Positions 53,815-64,000 of a stretch of DNA of 64,000 nt are shown here, piece by piece. The translations under genes and the position numbers were made by a program. Every line of letters starts with the position of its first letter. Position 1 is the first letter of the stretch. The stretch is from Salpingoeca rosetta. Its lineage: Eukaryota > Protista > Choanoflagellata. The notes beneath the pieces were generated by a model. It saw only the letters and a list, made by a program, of their open reading frames with translations, was not told where the DNA came from and did not search any database. The stretch spans positions 673,327 through 737,326 of the forward strand of contig JAWQFM010000005.1 of NCBI GenBank assembly GCA_033442325.1. The letters run 5' to 3'.

Positions 53815-55965
53815 ATGGCGGAGCACGATCTCACGCGCCAGCTCTGTGGCTTCCTCGACAACCACATGACGCTTGCCCTCATCCAGAATGCCCTCGACAA
53901 GGTGTGTGTGTGTGTATGCGTGCGAGTGAGTCGGTGTGCGTGCGTGTGTGTGTATGCGTGTGTATGTGTGTCTGTGTCTGTGTGTGAGCGTAAAACCCCG
54001 AGGGAAATGTGTCCGTAAGCTCAGCCTCACCGCCTTTCTCCTTCGTGCTGCTTGGCTCTCGCAGGAGATTTACAAGCGCGAGCAGCTGATCACGTCCAAG
54101 CTGAAGGTGCTCGAGTCGGCCCACTTCTTTGATGCCATGAAGGAGGTGTACCACGACGTCAAGGCCACCGTGCCAAAAGGTGTCGTTCGCACACAACGTC
54201 ATCCCCCCTGTTGTCTCCCTTCGATGTCTGCGTGCGTGTGTGTCTCTGTGTGTGTCTGTGTGTTTGTCTATGTGTGTGTGGCGTTCAAGTCACATCAGCA
54301 AAGGGGAAGCCTACCCGCGTATGTGCTTGTGTGTGTGTGTGTGTGTGAGTGTGATTCACGCGTGTGGCTATTGCGTGCTTTGATGTTCGGTGAGCGCAGA
54401 GGTGCTTGAGAAGGAGGAGGCGTTTAACAACCACGTCGACAGCCTGAGTGAGGAGCTCAGCAAGGTGTACGACGTCTTCTCCAAGCAGGAGGTCATCGAC
54501 GCCATCTCAGCCTCATACTCAAACCCAGACCCGTAGGTTGCTCTGTGTGTGTTTGCATGTGTGTGTGTTTGCATGTGTTTGTGTTTGCATGTGTTTGCGA
54601 GTGTGAGCGAATATTTTGCGCGCGCTCTCTCTCTCTCTCTCGTGCCTCCCATCTATCCCCGCTCTTCTTCTCCGTCTGCGCCTTTCTCTCCTCTGTGTGT
54701 GTGTGCATCAGCGCTTGTCCATGGGCCGCAGCAAGCACGCATTGGTCCACTGTCAACGCTCACATGAATGCCCTCCACTCTTGCCTCAAACATACAGCGC
54801 CAAGTTGACAGAGAAGCTCAAGGAGCACGGCGTAAGTGACACATTCTCGCCACAGCCCCATCACGTCTTGTTCACATGTGCTCGCACCGACCTCTTGTCG
54901 CTTGGACACTGTTCGTGTTACACAGTTGCTTCCCCACCACTCACGAACTCGCTCTCTGGCTCATGGACTCACGGGCTCATATCCGCCCATGTTTCTTTGC
55001 TGCCTGTGGTGTTGATGTGATGTAGTTCGAGCCGAAGATGCTTGACACAATGTTCAAGGCGGCCCGCGCCTACTACGACCTCGAGCAATACGCTACGGTG
55101 AGCACCACCAACAACAACCCATGCCACCCCCTCCCCTTTCCATCTGTTTATTTTGCACACAGCAGAGTTTTGGCTAACTCTGCGTAATGGTGTGGTTGCG
55201 GCGATATACTTCCTTGTCCTTCTCACTCACTCACTCACTCAGGCACTCACTCACTCATGCTCATTTGCTCACTCTCATTCACCCCCTCCTCCTAATCGAC
55301 CTGTAGGCCGGCACGATGCTGTACAACTACCGCCCGCTGACGAGCGACCCGTCCAAGCGCCTGAGCGCGCTGTGGGGTCGTCTTGCCGTCGAGATTATGT
55401 CCGAGAAGTTTGAGGAGGCAACTGAGGTCCTTGGCGTCCTCCAGAGCAACATCAAGGGTGAGCTATACCAGGTTAACACGCGCATGCGTGTCCGGGTTGT
55501 GTGTGTTGCTCGTGTGGTTTGTGCGCGCCAACGTCATTGCGATATGCAGTCGCTGACGCCTGCTGCCCTTCGCGCGCACACACACATGCGCTGCTTTGCC
55601 TCTCCCTCGCTCTCTGTTTGCGGTGATTGCAGAGACGAGCCTGGAGCCCCTGAAGAAGCTGCAGCAGCGCGCCTGGCTCATGCACTGGTCCCTCTTCATC
55701 TTCTTCTTCGGCGACAACGGAGAGGTGTCGTTATTTCCTCCTCACTCGCATGTGATTCTCGTTGGGCATGTCGTGGTGTGGTCGTTGTATCCGTTGTCGC
55801 GTTATGTGTGTGCGTGTGCAACACGTTGTTGCTTTGTATCTTGTTCCTCAACACACTGCAGATATCAATCTGGTGTACACTTGTGTGGTTTTGTTTAATT
55901 GTCTTCACCTGCCGCTCACCCATGGTCGTTGCCCTCCTCCATCTGTGGTTTTTTGCCTCTCGACA

Positions 55966-55996
<31 letters not shown>

Positions 55997-57186
55997 TTCT
56001 CTGTCTCTCTCTGTGTGTCTCTCCCCCCTCCTTATGTGTGTCTCTCTCTTCCCCCTCACCAACATCTTGTCGTTGTGTGCAGTCGATTCGCATCTCGCAC
56101 CTCCTTGAGAAGTTCCTCCCCAAGTCTGGCGAGCGCGACCAGGAGAAGAACGAGTTTATCGGCGCCATCCAGACCATGTGCCCGCACCTGCTGCGCTACT
56201 TTGCCGTCGTTGCCGTCATCACCTGCCCGAAGCGCCCAGACTCGCGCGACGCCATCCGCGACATTGTGCGCATGATCCGCCACAAGACGGCCAAGTTCTC
56301 CGACCCCATCACCCAGCTCCTCGAGTGCATCTACATCGACTTTGACTTTGACAAGGCCCTCGAGCTCCTCAGCGCCTGCGAGAAGGTGCGCCCTGCTTTG
56401 TCTGCTGCTGTCGTAGTATGTGTTTGAACGTGGGTGGTTGCGAACGTGGGTGGTTGCGAACTGTCGTCAAGCGTGCTGGCGCCGTTGTTGGTCGAGCACG
56501 CCCATGCTCTTCCTGTTCATTGCACAGCGGTGCGTCTGCATTCAACACACACAGAGGCAGCACGGAGTTTCCTCGTGCCCAGCTTAACACACACACACAC
56601 ACAATACTAATGCCTCTTTCGTTGTGCTGCTTCAGGTGCTTGACTTGGACTTCTTCCTCACGACGTACCGCACAGACTTTGTCGAGTCGGCCTCGAAACT
56701 CATCTTTGAGGTCTACTGCAAGATCCACAGCAGCATCAGCATCCAGTAAGTCGCAGCAGCAGCAGCAGCAGTAACAGCAGCCTTGCTCCCTATGCAGCGC
56801 GGGCCTGTGGTCTCCCTTGTATGTCAATGTGTGTGTGTGTCTGAAAGTTTGTGTGTGTGTGTTTTTTTTTTTTAACTTTTATTTTATTTGTGCTTGATAC
56901 TCACTGTTGCGAAACACGTGCTGTCTTGCCATGCCCGTCTTTCTCCCCGACCCCTTCTTGTGTGCAGGTTTGTCGCTGAGCGCCTGAGCAAGACAGCGAG
57001 CGAGGCGGAAAAGTGGATTGTGGACTTGATTCAGTCGGCCGATCTCAGCGCCCGCATCGAGCAAGCAGAGGTGCGTGCTCTCGGCCATCACACGGCTGCG
57101 GTGCCTCCATATGCACAAACCCGTGTTGTGGGGTGTTGTGGGGGGGGGGGGGTGCTGTTCGGTGTGTGCATGCGCGAGCGTTCAAC

Positions 57187-57233
<47 letters not shown>

Positions 57234-57655
57234 GGACTTCTGACTTGTTTGTTGACCGTCTTCTTATGTCTTGGCTTTGATGTGTATGGGTTGCAGGGTT
57301 ATGTGAAGATGCTTCACGAGCCACAGAGCACATACGACCAAGTTCTCGACTCCACCCGCAGCATTCCTCTCAGAACGTACGCTTTGCTCGCTCTCTCGTC
57401 ATGGCATGTTGATTTGAACAACTGCATTCACGCAACGAAGCTACATATTCATCCACAGACGCAGACAGACAGTCAGACAGACACGCCCTGCCGTCTTGTC
57501 TCAACGTTGCTGTGCAACCCATCATGTCAAATCTCACACGTCAACTGCCGTGCATTGCATTGCATTGTGTTCACGCTGTCAGGCGCGCGTTGCTCGACAA
57601 CTTCCACCGCCGCGGTACACGCAAGCCTCACAACAAGAAGAAGCAGGACAAGTGA
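53815..57655 (+). CDS. EIF3E: Translation initiation factor 3 subunit E (INT6)
   Basis: MAEHDLT..FLDNHM, SALWGRLAVEIM, LQQRAWLMHWSLFIFF, AIQTMCPHLLRY, DPITQLLECIYIDFDFD, LIFEVYCKIH, EAEKWIVDLI. All introns GT-AG. Confidence 0.96.
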
Positions 57656-58613
57656 ACTGGACCGCCTGTTGACGTGTCGCTTGTACACACGTACGCTCTC
57701 GACCCGTGTAAGGACAGGGCCCATGTATTTCTCCGTCCCCCAACCAACCCCCCCCCCCCCTTCCTCCGTTTCCACTGCCCAAAGTGACCTACGACCACTG
57801 CCAACCACCACTCTTTTTACCGGACCTCTCCCCCAACAATTGTCGATCCTTGCCCTCCCCATCCACCACATGCATATGATTACTCCCTGCAGCTAGTATC
57901 GTGCACCCCACCTCTCCCTGTCTCCGATTGATGTGTGTTTACGTGTGTGGCTGCTTTTGCAGTCCGATGACGACGACGATGATGATGCTGATGATGATGA
58001 TTGTGTAATTGGTGTTAGGAGGCGTGCCGTGAACTGGTGCATTGGCCCGTGGTTATTGTCCCTCTCCCCCCTTGTCATCGTTGTGTGTGTGTGCCTCTTC
58101 GTTGCCACTCGCGTGTGTTGTGTATGCCAGTGCTTGTGTTTGTGCGTCGTTGGTGGGTCGTACCCCCAAGTCGTTTATCATGTGTGTTGTGTGTGTGTGT
58201 GTGTGCGTGTTTGCGCGTGTGCGTGTTTGCGCGTGCACGCGTATGATTGTGGCTGTGCGAAGCAGAAGAATAAAGCAGAGTCGAGTTAATGTAACTGAGG
58301 CGACGAGCCGCAAGTCAGTTGGCGAGCGGAGACGTGGACAGATGGGATGTGTACACAGACAGACACACCGCACAAACAAAGCAAGAAAAGTAGCCAAGCT
58401 TGATCACTCGTAGTTGTTTGAGTCAACGCATAGAAGCGTGCGTGGTACAGCCACGCAAAGCAAGCATGTGGCTGTGGTAAGGGGTTTGAAACAAGTGTTG
58501 AATGCAAATAGCGATGGAACAAGCATAGAGGGTTGTTGTTGTGAAGTCCTTGGTATCAAACAAAAGAGAAGAAGGAGACTCGAAGCAAGACGAGTTGCCA
58601 GCGAGCTGGCTGG

Positions 58614-60378
<1,765 letters not shown>

Positions 60379-60950
60379 CTTCGTTGCTGTCTGCCTTTGC
60401 TTGCGGTCAAGAAAAACACGTGGGTGGTTGTTTGTTGTGGTTTGTGCGTGCTTTCGTCTTCGTTTTGCTGGTTTGACGAAATGACAACAGTCATGTGGAC
60501 CACGAGGGCACACCCATACCATGCAAGGGGGGTGGCTCAGAGAGGTGGGCGCACATGCTAAGGAAAGGGGGAACACGGCAAGGCACGGCAACTCCAAACG
60601 CAACGCAACTCAACGCAAGCAAGGCAACAAACAAAACGCAGTGAGGCAAGGAAGAGAAGCGCAAGTGAGCCGCAAAAACAGGGGAAAGGGGCGGTGGTTC
60701 ATGTCAGTCGACAAGAGGTGCGCTCAGAGGTCGCTCTCGCCTGCAGCAGGACATTGTCAAGGTGTGCACGGAGGCCATGGTGAGGAGGAGGAGGAGGAGG
60801 AGGAGGAGGAGGAGGAGGAGGAGGAGGAGGAGGAGGAGGGGGGGGAGATGACAGACAAGGGCGAAACACAGCATCAAAGTACACACAGAGACATACACTC
60901 ACAGACACACACGCACACAAGAGCCAAGATGCAAACAGAGCAGGTACACT

Positions 60951-61187
60951 TCACATACCATAAAGGGCGTTTGCAAAGGAGGAGTAGTCGAGAGCACCCT
61001 CGGGACCGTCATCATATGTGCTCATGTTGGCAATGCAGTACTCGTACAGCTCAGGCGACAGCTCACGTTGCAGATCGGCAGCAAGCACATACGGTTGGCC
61101 TGCACGGGCAGTACGTGTATGCACAACAGTGGTAAGGCTTATCGTCGTTTCAATCGGTGGAACGAAACACAAAGGCGTGATGTCCCC

Positions 61188-61258
<71 letters not shown>

Positions 61259-62149
61259 ACCGTTTGAGAGGACGCGGAAGGCCTCGAGGAGCTGGTCGGC
61301 AGACTCTGCATCTGCGCTCTCCTCGACCATAAAGGCGATAAACTCGTCAAAGGAGACCTTTCCGTCGCTGTTGGGGTCAAGGCGCGCCATGATGCGGTCC
61401 CACTCGGCATCCCCACTCTCCTCAGGCACCTGCAAGGCACCACCAAATCGGAGGTGCGGGTGTGTGTGTGTGTGTGTGTATGGGCGTGAATACAGGCGAT
61501 TGAGTGAACGTGACACACGCGAAACACAGGTATCAAAGTGGGGCAGCCGTTGTCAAGAAGGAGGGTGTCAAGGACCGCAAGAAACAACTCCGTACATCCA
61601 CCAGACGAGCACACACAAAACAAAATGACACAAACGTGCAATGAGCGCACGGCAAGCCCTGCCACACCTGGGAGATGTTGAATTTGCCGAGGGAGAGGAG
61701 GAAGGCGCGGAACTCCTTGTGCTCGAGGAAGCCGGAGTTGTCCTTGTCCCAGTGCTGGAACGCCTCCTTGTACTCCTTCATGTCCTCCTCCGTGATNNNN
61801 NNNNNNNNNNNNNNNNNNNNNNNNNNNNNNNNNNNNNNNNNNNNNNNNNNNNNNNNNNNNNNNNNNNNNNNNNNNNNNNNNNNNNNNNNNNNNNNNNNNN
61901 NNNNNNNNNNNNNNNNNNNNNNNNNNNNNNNNNNNNNNNNNNNNNNNNNNNNNNNNNNNNNNNNNNNNNNNNNNNNNNNNNNNNNNNNNNNNNNNNNNNN
62001 NNNNNNNNNNNNNNNNNNNNNNNNNNNNNNNNNNNNNNNNNNNNNNNNNNNNNNNNNNNNNNNNNNNNNNNNNNNNNNNNNNNNNNNNNNNNNNNNNNNN
62101 NNNNNNNNNNNNNNNNNNNNNNNNNNNNNNNNNNNNCACACACACACAC

Positions 62150-62193
<44 letters not shown>

Positions 62194-62532
62194 GCATTCA
62201 AGGACGGAAGTTGTTGGAGGAGGGGGAGGGGGGTTGGCAAATGGCATCAGAGAAACGCGCAGTGATGCTGGAAAAGGGGGAGGGGGGTCCAACCAAAACG
62301 CAACAGCAAAGCAAGACCAAGCAGAGAGACACAGCACACAGGGCAGTGGCACAGCGATGCAGGTGCGCTGTGGTGACGTGAGCACGACCGCAATGATGAC
62401 TACAACGATTGAAAATAAGACGACGATGACGACGACTTACGGCGGCTTCCTCCTCGGTCTCGACGACAAATGGCTCTGTCAGCTTCTCCTTGGCCAACTC
62501 AACAAAGTTGCTGAAGGGCTGCACGCGTACAC

Positions 62533-62571
<39 letters not shown>

Positions 62572-64000
62572 TAGTGCAGGTCGTGCCGAAAAGGTGTCAT
62601 GTTCATGCATTCAACAAAATACCCAACCTCAACCCTTGCCCCACCACCCACACCCACACTCACACCCGCACCCACACCGACAAGACACACGAACGAACCG
62701 GGGCCTGGCGGGCAAACTGGAGGTAGAGCTCGTCCAGGTGGCGGGCGTTGGCCTCGGCCTCGGAGAGCTTCGTCTGCCGCTCCTGCGTCAGCTGCACAAG
62801 GTGCTGCCAGTTCTCGTAGATGGTCTGCACACAAATGCGCCGCGTGGCGTTGGAGTTAGTGGTGATGTGAGAACGGAAGGGAAGACGCTGAGCAGAGGCA
62901 GAGGCAAAGGCAGGGGCAGGGGCAGGGGCAGAGGCAATTGCAATTGCGCATGTGAGTGCGCACGCCCGCGAGCGTGTGCGTGTGTTGTGTTGGCTTACGG
63001 CGTAGCGGTCGTTGACGGCGTCTGCGTTGACGTACTTGAGGTCGTCCAGCTCGTTGGCAAGCGTGCCAATCTCGTGCACGCGCTGCTCGTGTGCCGTCAG
63101 GTCGGACTGAAACGCCTCGTGCTTCTTCATCAGGGCAGACACCGTCGCCAGGTTGACGCCCGTGTAGTCGTCCGCAGACAGCATCGCGTTCTTGCCGCTC
63201 GTCCACGCCTGGTACAGGGCACAAGGGCCGGGGGAGGGGAGAGCAGTTTAGAGGGAGGGAGGTTGCGTATGACATGGAAGAGTGAACACAAAGTGCGCAG
63301 TTGAGTGTGCAGCAACACAATGCGCAAGAAAATCATTCATTCCAATGCAACGCAGGTCACACAGACACGCAGACACGTAGACACACACACACGCAGACAC
63401 ACGCACAGACACAGACACACACACCAATGACCCCAGCCCCCCCCCCAAATGTGCACATCCTTGTGTCTTTGCACACCACGCACCTCGTGGGCCTCAGCCT
63501 TGCTTGTAAAGAGGGCAGCCTTTGCTTCGGCCTGGCGCACGCGCTTGAGCTCGTCGATCACCCACTGCAGGTGGCTCTGGTCAGCCTCCTCCATCTCCGT
63601 CCACGCCGCAGTGATGTCGGCAATCTCCTTGCTCTCCGACGCAACAAACGGTGGGCGGCCAGAGAGGCGCAGCTTCGTCTGCAGCGTGCTGTAGTGCTCC
63701 TCCAACTTGGCCCGCTCCTCAAGCTTGCCCGGCAGCTCGGACGACCGGAAGTTGTTGAGTGTCTCCAGCTTGTCCTGGCACGTCTGCACGTCGTTGATGG
63801 CTGGTCGCTCGACGAGCCAGGCGATGGTCTTCTGGATCCACTCCAGCAGCGCCGTTGCCATGGTCTCGTACTCGGCAATCAGCCGCTCGTGCTCCCGGTT
63901 CGTCTCAAGCACCGTCGCAATCTTCTTCGCAGCAACCTCGGCCTGCCAGGCGTCAAATGTGTGTGTGTGTGTGTGTGTGTGTATGATTGGTGAGAAAGCG
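60951..64000 (-). CDS. ACTN: Alpha-actinin, 5'-partial (neck, spectrin repeats, EF-hands)
   Basis: AEVAAKKIATVL..EYETMATALLEWI, LQTKLRLSGRPPFV, LMKKHEAFQSDLTAHEQRV, LDELYLQFA, EF loops DKDNSGFLEHKE and DPNSDGKVSFDE, C-terminal PYVLAADLQRELS..YCIANM..GALDYSSFANALYG. Confidence 0.96.
61797..62136. other. Assembly gap (340 N) inside alpha-actinin
   Basis: Run of N. Confidence 1.

Overview
Gene-dense, intron-rich, microsatellite-laden eukaryotic DNA with six N gaps. The style ((GT)n/(CA)n in most introns, poly-Q exons, SH2/PTB/PDZ proteins, animal-like housekeeping genes) points to a choanoflagellate, most likely Salpingoeca rosetta; this is an inference. Splicing GT-AG exons by hand gives about 17 protein-coding loci, in order: TMC channel (5'-partial, +), intronless orphan (+), myristoylated PDZ-PTB-SH2-like adaptor (+), presenilin (+), long low-complexity orphan (+), TEX9 (-), TMEM11 (-), cobalamin-dependent methionine synthase (+), two-SH2 protein (-), 5'-less GatB/YqeY fragment (-), SFT2 (+), DPY30-domain protein (-), PRELI-domain protein with an acidic FFAT-like tail (+), ER FKBP (+), eIF3e (+), FAF1/C1orf131-like protein (-) and alpha-actinin (5'-partial, -). 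No rRNA, tRNA, CRISPR array or transposase was seen. Most supplied ORFs are CV/HT translations of microsatellites or antisense shadows. Main leads: (1) introns polarised G/T-rich at the 5' end and C/A-rich at the 3' end, often with no polypyrimidine tract, suggesting structure-bridged splicing; (2) GatB and SFT2 fused back-to-back through one (GT)n tract, GatB clearly and SFT2 probably lacking its 5' end; (3) SH2 domains that have lost the pTyr-binding arginine; (4) a PRELI domain paired with FFAT-like motifs. All identifications come from recalled motifs, not database searches, and exon boundaries were read by eye.
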